64,000 nt of DNA from Zygnema circumcarinatum SAG 698-1b (GCA_037447605.1 CM074815.1:1426001-1490000); one strand, 5' to 3'; shown: positions 12,692-26,900, counted from the stretch's first letter. Notes: generated by a model not told the origin, from the sequence alone. Translations and numbers: made by a program.

Positions 12692-14181
12692 TCAAAGAAC
12701 TGCATGAAACCACACTCCTTCCTTCGGCATGACAAGCACTCCATGTAATTCTCCGCGGCTCGACATATAACGCCACCGAAGTCCCGCAACTTGGAACCTA
12801 CCTAAATCAGCCTCCCTCCTCCATTCAGGTAAACGAAACCCGAGGTCGAGCGTGACGTATCGACATCTCCTCCCCAATCTGAGTCTGTATAGCCAATCAC
12901 TCTGGTTGGCCCCCTCTCATACCTGATTCCATAATCGAGCGTCCCCTTCACATATCTGAAAATCCTCTTCACTGCCTCCCAATGCTCGAGGCCCGGATTC
13001 TCCATGAATCGCTGGGTCGGTGCCCACCGCCAAGTCCGGACACGCCAAGCCCGACAATAAGCATATTAGACTCCCCAATCGTAAAGGATCTCAGATGGCG
13101 CACCTCAACATCTTTTGTGCCTCCTCGCGATCCTAATTTTAAGGTGACATCTCCTTCAGTTCTAGTGCCGCACTCCATGGGGCTGGAACACGCCTAGCAT
13201 CCTCCATTCGAAAACGGCAAGCACATCCTAAGCATACCTTGACATAGAAACAAGCCTATCCCCGCCTCTTCGCCTGCATTCCCGCCAGAGCCGCCTCCCG
13301 TGACCATATATTTTGAAATTTGCCTCGTAGCGCCCCTTCAAAGATCTGATTCTTTCAAGGGAGAGGCTCACCATGATCAGGTCGTCCACATAGATTCCTA
13401 CGAACATGATGTCTGCCCCCTCTCCTTGACGGTACACTGAATGATCTGTCTCAAACCGAGCAAAGTCATTCCTCCTCAAAAGATCGTCAATCTTTTCGTA
13501 CCACACTCTCGGCGCCTGCTTCAAGCCGTACAGGCTCTTCACCAGTCGACAGACTAGGTGCTCCTTCCCGGGGACGACCTTCCCCTCCGGCTGCTCCATG
13601 TAAATCTCTTCCGTGAGATCACCATACAGAAATGCCGTCTTGATGTCCAATTGATGGACGTGCATTCCTTCAGCCGCTGCAATGGAAATCAAGGCTCTCA
13701 AGGAATTGAACTTTACCACTGGAGCGAACGTCTCCATGTAGTCAATCCCATACTGCTGGCCGTATCCTTTCGCCACTAACCGCGCCTTGTACCTATCCAC
13801 GCTTCCGTCTGCCTTCCTCTTGACTTTGAAGACCCATTTGCAGCCGATAGCTCGCCTCCCTTGAGGCAGCTCCTCCAATCTCCACGTGCCGTTCTCGATC
13901 AGGCTGTCCCATTCGCTATCAATCGCAACCCGCCACTTATCGCCATCGACTCCGTCGTGCGCCTCCTCAAAGGTCTGTGGCTCGGTAATCATGAAACAGT
14001 GTGCAACTCCCACAAGGTCAGCTGAATCTGATGGCACTCTCTCTTGGATCAGATTGGTACCAGGCGAAAACCGATCTGGTCGCCTCGTGTCTCGGCCGCT
14101 CCTCCGGACTGTCTTCGCACTTCGTCCTCTCGGGTAGAAGTAGAGTCCAGGAACAAAACCTGGGGGCATGTTCGCTAACAT
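12692..14181 (-). pseudogene. copia RT and RNase H (3' part frameshifted)
   Basis: EPQTFEEA, YKARLVAKGY, LDIKTAFLYG, SLYGLKQAPR, IYVDDL, GYTDSDWGGD. Confidence 0.93.
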
Positions 14182-14183
14182 TG

Positions 14184-17158
14184 TGTAGCGTAACGCTACA
14201 GCGTGACCCTGGAGGCGTACTCATAGTGATACTATGACTATCCCTTCATCTCAGCGCCTAGCGGATAGGTTAGGACGCTGCCAAGACCGCAGGAGGTCTT
14301 GGGCTCGATCCTTGTGGCGTGCAAAGGATCTCTTTTGGATCGTACTGGTCGTCCGTACAGGTGTACGGACGCACNNNNNNNNNNATCCAAATCTTCCTCG
14401 AACAGTCGTCAAGGAAGGTGACGAAGTACCTCGCTCCGCCACTGGTCGCCGGTGTAACTGGGCCACACAAGTCAGAATGTACCAATTCCAACTTCTCTCG
14501 CGCTCGATAGGACTCGTCTCCACTCCTCACGAATGGTCTCCTGTGCGCCTTGCCCTCCACACATTCTCGGCAAACACCCAACTCCTTCTCCACTACACCC
14601 GGGTCTAGCCTACGGACTAGCCCCCTCTCAGCCAACAGCTTCATGCCTCTGTGGTGTAAGTGACCAAGTCTACGATGCCATACATCTACGGCATTCTCTG
14701 AAACTGCATTCACCTCCTCATGATTCTCCCTCTTATAATCAAGATAATACAGCCCTCCTCTCTCATAACCCCTGAACAGCTGTCTCCCAGTTTCTGAGTG
14801 GATAGCCACGCATGACTTCTCCTCAAACAGAACACTGTATCCCTTCTTGCACACTTGGCTCACAGACATGAAATTCTGCATGAGGCCTGGGGTGTGAAGA
14901 ACATCACCAATGAGCAGTTTCTCCTGAACATCGTCTTCATTGATGACTGAGCCGTCTCCGAGGACCATCCTCACGGCTCCACCTCTCGTCACGGTGACTC
15001 CTTCACCGGTTGCTGAATGAACTGAGCGAGCCTTCTCCAAGTTGTCGAGCTTGGAGAACATCGATGTGTCTCCGCACATATGCGTGGAAGCGCCGGAGTC
15101 AATCAGCCACGGCCGCTTCAGGTCCTCTGCCTGAATCCTTCCCACAAAATCGTGCTCAGTATTCTCTGCCAGCATGAGGTTGCTCTCAACCGCTACCTTG
15201 CAAATTAACCTTGTGACCTTCTCTTCTTGCACTTGAAACAGTGCCGCCAACGCCTTCTTTCTTCTTCCTTCTGCCGGATGGTCGCGTTTCCTCCCCTTCT
15301 CGACCGCGGTTCTTGAAACAGCTGCCGGAGTAGTGGCCGGTTCGCCACATGTGAAGCATGTCACATTCGAGCGTTCTCCTCGGGCTGACTTCGGGGCGCC
15401 TCCTCCTCTTCGATTCGGTCGAGTGTGCAACGCGAGCACCTTCTCTTCTTGGCCGCCGACATCCTGAATCGAATCCTCCTCCTTTATCCTACGCTTAACT
15501 TGTTCAAGCTGGCCATAGAGGTATTGGTCGAATCGCCTTCAAGGTCAGCCATCGAACTTCGACCCCCGGCAAACCCCTAGAAACTGCTTATCTTATGGTT
15601 CCGTGATCTAACGGTTTCCCCTAAGGCGAACCTTCCATCAATGCATCAAATCTGACCATATAAGCTTCTAGTTTCTCCTCCGGTCATCTTCTATCTTGCC
15701 TAGTCAGAAAGTGTAAAGATCGACTATAGTCACATTGTCTTCACATCATACACTTCCTCTGTGACACTTCCACATAGCATGAGAGGTTTTCGATCATACG
15801 TTATAGAGGATGGACTTTACGCCATAACACCGCTGGCCGTGGCTTTGTCGTCCTTTGGCCTTCCATCGCGCGAGCGCCACGCCGTTCGACCGCCGCCCAC
15901 AGGCTCCAACCGTAACTCCTACGCCTTTTGATGCCGCCATCAACGTACCTAAGCAACCCTTTGCCCATTAAGCAAAGGCAAGGCACCAACCTCCATCTCC
16001 ACGCTTTGTAATCCTCGCCCCATCGGTGCAGATGCTGAACTCGGGACGCGTGGTCCCTCCAGCTCCATGAGCTCGATAACACTTGCTGGTGGAGGGACCT
16101 CCATCAACGCTTCCACTCGCATCACCTTCCATCGGAGTTCTGCTCCAATCGATGTAGATGACATTTCCCAAACTCTCTCATTCACTCATAGCCCATTTTA
16201 CTCTCAGAGTGAACCTCTCAGAATATGCACAGCGGAAATAACAGAGAGAAAAGGATAGGAGAAAGCTCTCGGCTCTAAAACTCCTTAATAATGATCTTAA
16301 CACCACAATTGAGAGACCCTCTCTCAACTAGCCCAATAAACTCAAAAGCCCACTACCTCGCAGCACAAGCAAGTGTAGGGTTAAGCAACACGAGCAACAA
16401 ACCGAAGTCTACAATAGCTACTGCGATCCGTAAGTTAAAGATTATCAACCAAACAAACAACACATCTATATAATGGCGTCACAACATCCGCGACAATTCT
16501 ACCATACAACGCGAAGCTCACAACATCGGGTTAGCGACCGCAAGGGCCCTATCCTCGATCTCATCCCCGCTGCCGATCCTCGCCGCTCACACGATCCCAG
16601 ACGCTTCCGTCGTGATCCTACTCGCCTTCTAAGCTAATCCACGCCGGCGCCGTAGATCCGACTCCTCGCCTAAGATTGATGACGCTACAAACTCAAGGCT
16701 GCCGCACGCCATCGACATCTCGACGCCGCCCGCATAATGACGACCGCTACGGCCGACATTTGACGCCGCAGACGCTGGCCAAGTCCAATCGCTCAATCCA
16801 GCGTTGACGCCGCCACTTCCGATTCGCTATGCCAGTATTCGCTGCCGCTGGCCATTTTCACTCCGGCCTCGGGTCCGCCACGCCACTTTTCCGATTTCCG
16901 TCACGCCGCTTCGTCACTTCTCGACCACGCTTCTTCCACTCCCACCAAATGTCCGTATTCGCTTACTAACTTAGCGCCAAGACCGCCAGCTTAAGGAAAA
17001 CACACAACACAAACACACAAAACTAATGTTCCAACAAAACATAACTATCATACACTAACAGTTTTATCCTTCCACTAGTTCTTCCGCCTCACACTAACAA
17101 GCCAGATTTTTCATTATTTTCTATCATTTTCAATTGTTTTTTTTTCTATTTTTTGTGC

Positions 17159-17189
<31 letters not shown>

Positions 17190-17206
17190 TGTGTGTGTGT
17201 GGGTGG

Positions 17207-17242
<36 letters not shown>

Positions 17243-20057
17243 GAGTATTTTCGTGTGTGACTTTTACAAACAAAAAAAAAAAACAAAAAATCAAACTAAT
17301 AAATACAACATGAGGCCACATGTTGTAATATTTAGATTGATTATGTTTTTTTTTTTTCTTTTTCTGTGAGTGTGTAGCGAAACGCTACAGTCACCCACGG
17401 GAGGTGTACTTAGGGCGCACTCCGTCCTAGTACTCTCACCCCGGGCGCGGGCCGAGTGGCCAAGGCGTCGGGGACCACCTAGGACCAGGAAGGGTCCTGG
17501 GATCAAACCTTGCGAAGGTTGCAAGGGTTCGATGCGGTGCGGTATACTGAGACATATATGTATCGCTAAGCCGATGTGGTCGTAGGATCACAATCTCACT
17601 ACATCTTCTACGTGCTTTGAACGTGAATCGCTGGCCTCGCATACTACGGTTACCGCTGGTACGACGAGCCGAAGGCCGAACTCAAGGCCAGCGCTGTAGG
17701 GATCCACCGCACCGACGTACGGCGGCGCTGCTGCGCACAAGGCGCTGCGGAATGCGCGGTGAGCTGCCAGACAGTTAGAGCACCTCTCACCCATTCGTGT
17801 CGTAGAGATTACCGCGGGCGTCAGCTATCGATGTTCGCTCCAATCCTCCATGTTGTAAGAGGTTCGGACCGGGGAAGCGTAGGCATGCGGCACCGCCGCC
17901 ACCCAACCAACGACCGGCATTCCCGGGTTGCACCGCCGTAGGCCGCCACCCCTCGGCTCCTAATTCTCTTCTTGCTCTCTCAACTCGAGTGCTGGTGTGT
18001 GATTCCGCAGATCAAGAGGAAGTTTTCAGCCGCTACATTTGGTATCAAGGCGCCTTCTTTTAATAGAGAACTCAAGGGTCATGGTGACCACCGCCGGGCC
18101 GGGAGGGGACCCGGGCCTTGGGAAGCCGCCATACCTCCACCACCCGCCCCCTGACGCAGGTGATGGAGGAGGAGAACTCGAGACCGCTGCCCTTTCATGG
18201 AGGGGCCTGGGCCCAGCCCACGGATGACCATAGTCATCTTGTGATCGCCAGTTCTTTTCTCGCCAATGAGAGTCAGCCGGTTCCTCGAAAGCAATAATAC
18301 GTAACTGNNNNNNNNNNNNNNNNNNNNNNNNNNNNNNNNNNNNNNNNNNNNNNNNNNNNNNNNNNNNNNNNNNNNNNNNNNNNNNNNNNNNNNNNNNNNN
18401 NNNNNNNCAGGGACTAGCGGTATAGTCTGACCTTCCACCCTGGTGAATGGCTATTGCGGCGGGTAGGCAGGATTAAGGCTATTTGAGGCATTATGTGGGA
18501 CCTATCCCGAATGGATGGGATGAACTGCTCCCGGTGGCTGAGTACGCCATTAATAATGCATTCCAGGAATCAATCGGTACCACTCCTTTCTTCTTGAACT
18601 TTGGTCAGCATCCTCTAAATCCCCTGCAGCCAAGAGATCAGCAGCCAGATGTGTGGAACATGGATGTTCACGGGCTCCCAGATCCTTGGGGCATGAGAGA
18701 GGAGGCCCCGGTGAGGTGGCCTCGCCGTTAGTCTTTCACTCGGGGAAAATGTCCGAGATTCTGAGGAGAGGGCAGGCGGGACACATTGGCGGTCCTTGGC
18801 TGTGACCCGTGATCGTCTTGCACATTAACCTTCATTTGTGAAGCGATCGGAATGTGACACGCGTCGAACTTCGCGCCCCGAAGACTACGGCGGAACGTGG
18901 TTGTGGCACCAGCTTCATGGGACCTTTCGGTGGGTAGGCGAATGGGGTGAATTAAACACCGGTTGGCTTTACCGGCTCATATGAAAGTGCATCCGGTCTT
19001 TCACGTGGGTCTTCTTAAGGCATACCGCAGCGATGGGAGAGTCCAACCACCTCCCCCTCCAGTGGAAGTTGAGGGTGACCTCGAGTATGAGGTAGGGAAC
19101 CCGTCCAAACCCACCGGGGCTGAGTAAGAGGTGGAACTTCCGCCACACGAGAATATCTGCGTGGTAAGTTTGGGCTATGGGGGTTGAACTATAGCGTGGG
19201 AGCGATGAGAGCAATCGACAAATTGCAGGGCTCCTGGGGTGTGGGAGGCATGAACCCCATTTGGTGGCTAGGAGGTTCACAGAGACCATCCACCTTGTAC
19301 TTTTCCGGAAAGGGACGGCCGGGATGAGCCCTCAGGTACACCCGCATGAGAGCAGAGCGAGCTACCTCTTAAGTACTTGTTTGCCAAGATTACTTTTCCC
19401 GGTGACGAGGCGTTCCGCGTACTCTGAGGGGAAGTAATGTAGCGTAACCTTCAGCGTGACCTGGCGTACTCATAGTATCTGTATTTACCCTTCATCTCGG
19501 CGCTGGCGGATAGGTTAGAGGCACTGCCAAGACGCTGAGGGTCTTGGGCTCGATCTGTGGCGTGCAAGGATCTCTTTTGGACCCGTCTTTGGTCGTCCGT
19601 ACGGGTACGGACGCACCGTATAGATCCCGCGGCCAGAGATTTGGCCCTTGGCGGCCTGCGTGGCGCCGCCCCGACAGCCCGACGCGCTTGAATGCGGCGG
19701 CAAATCCTGACAAATACCGTCAAGATGCTATGCGGACGAGGCTGGCCAGTCGACTCTGTCGGTGGCGATGCCCATTTACCGCGGCTTGGCGCGCACCCGT
19801 GAGAATCTTGGCCGAGACCGCGAAACTGTCCTTAGCGAATAACTTCGGCTGGGATCACCGCCGTGGCGGGCTTTCTGATTAGGCGATCCGGCTCGGTCCT
19901 CCGTCTTTGGTAGGGGGTTCGAGGGGGCTTAAAGGGCGCGCAGGATGGGAGACCATCGAGCTCTTTGGCTGCGGCATTGAATAAACCTCTCTCTCTCTCT
20001 CTCTTCCTCTCTTGACACTTAGACTCTCGAGCAGCTTTGCGAGGCATGTTGTTACCA
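14184..20057 (+). mobile_element. Ty3/gypsy chromovirus E (family 3) nested in copia C; mostly lost in assembly gaps
   Basis: 5' LTR start 14184-14374 then N gap; integrase end/chromodomain (GDLEYEV) 18408-19430, PPT, 3' LTR 19438-20057; TSD CATTG at 14179-14183 and 20058-20062. Confidence 0.8.
14385..18307. other. Gap-bounded second copy of about 20968-24850 (copia 5' half, LTR, GT flank, start of gypsy D); probable assembly redundancy
   Basis: Bounded by N gaps at 14375-14384 and 18308-18407; repeats the same unique LTR flanks and junctions at an offset of ~6.58 kb. Confidence 0.8.
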
Positions 20058-22640
20058 CATTGCCTCCCTCTCGGCGCTTCAGATCCTCGAGATCTTGCTG
20101 GCGTGGGCGGGACCGTCTCCCGCGAGTTCTCTACCCGCTTTGGGTAGGTGTGAAAGGGGTATTCTCCGGCTGGCTGTGCGGCTCCTCGCTATGCGCCTCC
20201 CCGCGAGGCGTCTCTCCATCATCAGCCGGCTCACTTGTCGCTGCCGCTGGCTCGGCTCCTTCATTTGCCGACGTGCTGGCACCCTGCACAGCACCACCCT
20301 TCTCTCCAACTGTTTCTCCCTCCTGCGTACACGATCGAGGTGGGTCTTCGTGAGGTAAAGATGATGCGGCAGCTCCAGCAGCCTTATCTTCATCAGCTGT
20401 AATGTCTCGTCACGGAGAACTTCCAGCGGTCCGAGGTTCCAAACTCTAGCCAAGTCGCATTGCTTTGGCGGTGTTGTGGCGAGCTGCGTAGCCCTCCGCG
20501 GCTTCGAGGGGTCAGATTTCTTCTTCACGTCGCGCCTTAGGCGTCGCGGCCGGCGTAGCGCCAAGGTCTCGGTGGGAAGCTGTGGGCTTCCTCCCCTCCA
20601 CATCTGCTTTCGGGGACCTGGTCTTCCCGAGCAGAAAGGCGGACATCATTCTAATGTAGCGGCGTAGAAAGCGCTTTACTCTCTCCCCAAAAAGGCCGGA
20701 AGGGGGAATCAATCAACATGGTCCTGGCCATGTCCCCCAATGTCCTATTCACACGTTCAGCTGCTCCATTACTCTGTGGGGAATAGGGGGCTGAGAATTC
20801 ATGCCTTATACCGCGGTTCTTCAGAAACGCTGCGAATTCCTTCGATTTGAACTCGCCACCATTGTCCAAACGAAAAGCCTTCAGCTTCAGTCCCGTCTCT
20901 GTCTCCGCCTGGTTNCAGCCAGTCTCGAAAGGCTCCGAAAGCCTCTGACTTGTTCTTCAGGAGTGTAATCCAAATCTTCCTCGAATAGTCGTCGAGAGGT
21001 GAAGTACCTCGCTCATGCTTGGTCGCCCGATTATGGCCCGGGCCACACAAGTCGAGAATGTACCAATTCAACTTCTGCCAGCTCGATGGGACTCGTCTCC
21101 ACTCTCAGTGGTCTCTGTGCGCCTTGCCCTCCACATTCTCGGCAAACGCAACTCCTTCTCCGCTACACACGGGTCTAGCCTACGGACTAGCCCCCTCTCA
21201 GCCAAAATCTTCATCCCTCTGTGGTGTAAGTGACCAAGTCTACGATGCCATACATCTACGGCATTCTCTGAAACTGCATTCACCTCCTCATGATTCTCCC
21301 TCTTATAGTAAGATCATCTGTGACCCTCACTTTCTCATAACCTGAGCAATTTTGTCTCGGTTTAGAGGTGGATAGCCAGCATGACTTCTCCTCAAACAGA
21401 AAACAGTATCCCTTCTTGCACACTTGGCTCACAGACATGAAATTCTGCATGAGGCCAGGGGTGTGAAGAACATCACCAATGTGCAGTTTCTCCTGAACAT
21501 CGTCTTCATTGATGACTGAGCCGTCTCCGAGGACCATCCTCACGGCTCCACCTCTCGTCACGGTGACTCCTTCACCGGTTGCTGAATGAACTGAGCGAGC
21601 CTTCTCCAAGTTGTCGAGCTTGGAGAACATCGATCTCCGCACATATGCGTGGAAGCGCCGGAGTCAATCAGCCACGGCCGCTTCAGGTCCTCTGCCTGAA
21701 TCCTTCCCACAAAATCGTGCTCAGTATTCTCTGCCAGCATGAGGTTGCTCTCAACTGCTACCTTGCAGTCTGAACTCTTGTGACCTCTCTTCTTGCACTT
21801 GAAACAAGTGCCGCTGAACGCCTTCTTCTCCTTCTTGCCGGATGAAGTCGCGTTTCCTCCCTTCTCTGGACTGCTTTTGTTCTTGAAACAGTCGCTGGAG
21901 TAGTGGCCGGTCTTGCCACATGTGAAGCATGTCACATTCGAGCGTTCTCCTCGGGCTGACTTCGGGGCGCCTCCTCCTCTTCGATTCGGTCGAGTGTGCA
22001 ACGCGAGCACCTTCTCTTCTTGACGTGGAGCATCACGGGTCGAGATCCTCCTCCTTTATCTCGGCTTAACTTGTTCAGTCATAGAGTATTGGTCGAGAGC
22101 GTCCTCAAGGCTGCCAAGAGCTTCGAATCTCTAGGAACCCGAAACCCACTAGAAACTGGCTTATCTTGTAGTGCATCCTACTTGGTTTCCCTAAGGTACA
22201 TGAACCTCTCCGTAATGCATCAAATCTGACCATATAAGCACGTTTCTCCTCACGAAGTCATCTCCAAATCTTGCCTAGGTGTAAGTATTTATGAGATGCA
22301 TTGTCTTTCACATCATACATCTCTTCTAGACACTTCCACATAGCATGAGAGGTTTTCAGATCATACAGCATAGAGGATGGACTTCCTCTTACGCTCATAA
22401 CGTCTGCGTCGAGGGCTTTGTTGTCGCGGCCTTCATCGTCGCGAGCGCCATTACGTGCTCGACTGCGCCATTTGAGGCTCAACCGGTAGCGCTCCGAGCG
22501 CCTTGATCTTTTGCCATCAGCATTACCCAAGCAACCCTTTGCCCACAAGCAAAGGCACCAACCTCCATCTCCACGCTTTGTAATCCTGCCCATCGAACGC
22601 CGGTATGCTGAACTTGACGTGGTCCTCCGAGTCTCCATGA
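20058..22640 (-). pseudogene. copia gag (two CCHC knuckles), protease, GAG-pre-integrase and integrase, frameshifted
   Basis: FDGQDYKAW, CFTCGKTGHYSSDC, CFKCKKRGHKSSDC, WLIDSGASTHM, WHRRLGHL, DNGGEF, YSPQSNGAAERVNRT. Confidence 0.92.
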
Positions 22641-23746
22641 GCTCTGATACCACTTGTTGGTGGAGAGGACTCCTCCCTTCTTGCCCAGAAACTACTCCAC
22701 TCGCATCACCTTCCGCCGGAGTTAAGTTCCCGATCGATGATGACATTTCCCAAACTCTCACATTCACTCATAGCCCATTTTACTCACGAGTGAACCTCTC
22801 GGGGAATATGCCGGAATAACGAGAGAGAAAGGATAGGAAAGCTCGGCCTCTAAACTCCTTAATAATGATCTTAACACCACAATTGAGAGACCCTCTCAAC
22901 TAGCCCAATAAACTCAAAGCCCACTACACCAGCGGCTGCAAGCAAGTGTAGTGTTAAGCAACACGAACACACTTGACTTCTCGAGTCTACAATAGCTTCT
23001 ATTTGGTGATCCGAAGTTAAGATTATCGGCAAACAAAGCAACACACTATCACGATGTCACAACATCAGGTGACACTACCAGCACGAAGCTCACAGCATCG
23101 GCTAGCGGCGCAAGATATCCGATCCTCATCTAGCGCCGTCCGGATCCTGCGTCGGCTCACACGGATCCCGTCACGTTTCCTCTGTCGGTCAGGCTCGGCC
23201 TCCCCAAGCTAATCCGTCGCTGCGGCGTGAGATCTGACCAGCCTCCAAGATTGATGGCGCGTCAAACTCAGCGTCGTCGCACGCCACCGACATCGGCGCT
23301 CCGTTACAATGATGAATCGCCTTGAGCATTTTGGCGGCATGGCGTCGAAATCCGTCGTTGATCAAAAGGTTGGCCTTGCAGCGTCCGCCGGTCAGCGGGG
23401 TGGCGCGTCCCGCCACATCTTCAATTAAGCTCGCGTAAAGCGTCAGCGCCGTCACTTTCCGATTCGTCACGTCGCGCCTCGTCACTTCTGACTCCGCCGC
23501 GCCGCGCCTCTTCCACCGACCAAATGTCCGTACCGCCGCCTACTAACTTAGGCGCGCACCGCCGCCAAGGAAACACACAACACAAACACACAAAACTAAT
23601 GTTCCAACAAAACATGCTAACTATCATACACTAACAGTTTTATCCTTCCACTAGTCTCTTCTGCCCCCTCACACCAACAGTTCGCATTCTTCATCATTTT
23701 CTTCATCATTTTCTGAATTGTTTTTTTTTTTTTTCATTTTTTGTGC

Positions 23747-23777
<31 letters not shown>

Positions 23778-23792
23778 TGTGTGTGTGGGTGG

Positions 23793-23830
<38 letters not shown>

Positions 23831-23949
23831 GAGTATTTTCGTGTGTGACTTTTACAAACAAAAAAAAAAAACAAAAAATCAAACTAATAAATACAACATG
23901 AGGCCACATGTTTGTAATATTTAGATGATTATGTTTTCTTTGTGAGGTG

Positions 23950-26900
23950 TGTAGCGAAACCTTCTGAGTCACCCGCGGGAGGGAGATACTTAGGGGCGCA
24001 CTCCGTCGAGTACTCTCTCACACCAGGAGCCTTGAGCCGAAGTGGCCAGGCGTCGGGGTTCCTAGGACGGGGAAGGGTCACGGGATCCGAGCACTGCAGT
24101 TTGGGGTTAGATGCAGCGGTATCGAGACATATATGCTGTCGCGTCGCCCGTGTGGTCGAGGATCCCCGGAATCCCGACCACATCTTCCTTACGTTTTGGA
24201 ACGTAACCGTCGTCCGTACAATTACGGTTCACGTTGAGTGCGGACGGTGGCACGATCGAACCGGCGCCGCCTTGGGGATCAACCGTTACGCGGCGCTCTT
24301 GGTGGCGTCGCGGCAGCAGCGCCAGCGAATCACGGTGTGAGCGTTAATGCGTTGGCACACCTCGACCCGTTCGGGTCCGGAGGACACGTGGCGGTCTGCG
24401 TTGGGCCGACCACGCTTCCAATCCTCCATGCTTGTAAGAGGTTGGCCGAGTAAAGGGGCGTGGTGGTTTATCCGTCACCCAACAGCGATACCGACATTCG
24501 GTTGCACCTGTAGAGTGCGCCACCCACTGAAGTTCTTGCTCCTCTCTCTCTCTCTTGCTCTCTCTCGTGAACTTCGAGGTCTTTGGTGTGTGATTCAGCC
24601 TTGAGGCGAAGAGGAAGTTTTAGGTCGTTACATTGATATCGAGCGGCGTTAGCGACGCTTCTCTTCAGCCAAGGGAGCACGCGGTCATGGTGACCACTTT
24701 CGCCCAGGGCGGAGGGACCCGAGGGCCTCGGGGCCGCCACCCCTCCACCACATCCCCGGGGCGAGGTGATGGAGGCTCGAGCTGGCAGTAGTCCCCATCA
24801 GGAGGGGGCCCGGGTCAGGAGCCTGACCAAGGTCATCTTGTATTCTTGCCCACTTTCAGCGCCAGGAGCGGCGGATTCCGGCGAGAATCGATCCCGTGAT
24901 CGGGGCCCGCATCCGCAGTGGCGGCCTTAAAGATGAAGAAGAGGATAGAGGATGCAGGGAAGGATATTGTCAATACTCCAAAAATATGTAGGTTAGGAGG
25001 CCTTTCGGACGGACTCAGAAAGGTCGAGGAAGGTATGCACGAACCCCCTCGGTACAGCGTAGAAGCGTGAATCACGGCGAGGTCACAGGGGAAGGGGTTA
25101 AGGCAAACCCCTCGGTAGCGTTATGCGTCAGCGCTGACCCATTTCGCAGGAAGCGGCCGGTGAAGTCAGGGACCCACAGTTTTTTCCGCGAGGATTCACC
25201 GGGGGTGGCGAACCACCGGCGTGGGGACCCCCGTGCAGAGGCGTTCTTTGAGGAGGAGAATCCGATCCTCGGTGCTCCTCACGCAACCCTAGTGAAAGGA
25301 TGCGGCAGAATCGGGCCAAGGTAGCCCGCTTTCCCTTTAGGGCGAACACACATCACCGCTCAATTGAAGCATTGAGGATTTGGAATCAAGCGAAGGGGCT
25401 ACTACGGCGATAGCGGCATCCCCTCCCGATTGGGTAAGCTTTGCTTACCCGGCACTTTCAGAAGGAGCCGCGCCACCGTGTGTATGAGGGCGCACTCCCC
25501 GATGAATTGGGGACGATTGGGTTTGATTCGAGGAGATGAACTTATCAAACACACTTTGGGGCCTTGGATCGGCTTGGAGAGCCGGGATAAGGATTCGAGC
25601 ACATGGTTGAGCCGGCGTCAAGCGTTTCTGCGAGACACTGCGACAGAGTACCACTCCCACAAGCTTTGGTGGTGAGTTCATTTTCCACGCCGGGAATGGC
25701 TTGAAGCCACACGAGGCGACTAAGAACTAACCCACGGACTCACGAGAGCAGGTGGGACCCTGTGGCTACGAGGCGTACTTTGATGCGGCCATTGATTGGA
25801 CACACGCCCTGCGGGCGTCACGAGCCCTTCGACGGCGGAGGTGGGGCGGCGTGTTTGAGGGCGGTACGGAGGCGGGACCCTGGCTCTACCAAAGCGGCGG
25901 GGAAAGAACAGCGAAGCGGCGGGCGTGGCCCCGCGCCCACCTTGCGACGCGGTGCCCGGTGACTCGGAAGAAATGGAGAAGATCACGGCCCGGAGAACAA
26001 GTGTTCAGATTCGCGCCAAGGAGGCATAAGGCCCGGGGATTCTTTGTAACGAGCGGTATACATTGGGTGTATGACCTACCAATGCTTACATCTGCGGTTG
26101 CCTTTTAATGGTAAAACACTTAGGTGAATGCAAGGGAGGTCGAGTTCGAACCTGCTTTGGGCGGGTTTATTACATTGTTAATTATCGAGCCTAAGGGGCG
26201 TACGATCCACCCTAAAAACACCGTGATCGCTGAGCATGGTACAGATTGGTTGAGCTGGAGCAGCCAAGTCTGTAGGTCCATGTGATGAAGGGGCTTGAAC
26301 GCGCTCGTGAAAACCCTTGAGCATGGTGCTCGAGGACGAGCACGGTTCAGTTGGGGAGGAATGCAACGAACGGTATACATTGAGTGTATGACCTAGTACT
26401 TACATCCGCGGTTGCCTTGTAATGGGAAAGCACTTAGGTGAATCTTAGGGAGGTCGAGTTCGAACCTGCTGGGCGGGTTTGTTACATTATCGAGCCTAGG
26501 GGCGGTATTTGCAATCCACCTAAAAACACCGTGATCTCACGAGCATGTGCAGTTGGTTATTTGGGCGACCAAGTCTGTGAGTCGTGTGATGAAGGAATGA
26601 GCGGCCTTCGTGAAAACCCTTGAGCGTGGTGCTGAGGGGCGGTACCAGTTTAGGTGGGGAGGAATGTAGCGAGCGATTACATTGAGTGTATGACACAGTA
26701 CTTACAGCCATGATTTGCCCAATAGTAAAGCACTTGGGTGAATCTTAGGGAGGGTCGAGGATTCGAACCACAACTTTGGGCGGGTTTTATTCTGATTACT
26801 TTCTCAACACCAAGGACAAGAAGGGCAAGGGGCCGGAAAACCCCAACCCACCAGCAGCTTAGGGGTCGTTGCTGGTGGACATGCTAGGCTAGGGGGAGGG

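Larger units (their letters stand above)
11340..23636 (-). mobile_element. Ty1/copia element C, interrupted by gypsy E and a redundant contig
   Basis: 3' LTR 11340-12373, 5' LTR 22655-23636 (TGTTAG...CCAACA), PBS 22641-22652, PPT 12376-12385, TSD GTTTT (11335-11339 / 23637-23641); order gag-PR-IN-RT-RH. Confidence 0.92.

Noticed and set aside
26045-26799. Functional tRNA genes
   Set aside because: T stem and acceptor stem pair poorly and the motifs sit inside LTRs with PBS and PPT; treated as a tRNA-derived promoter.
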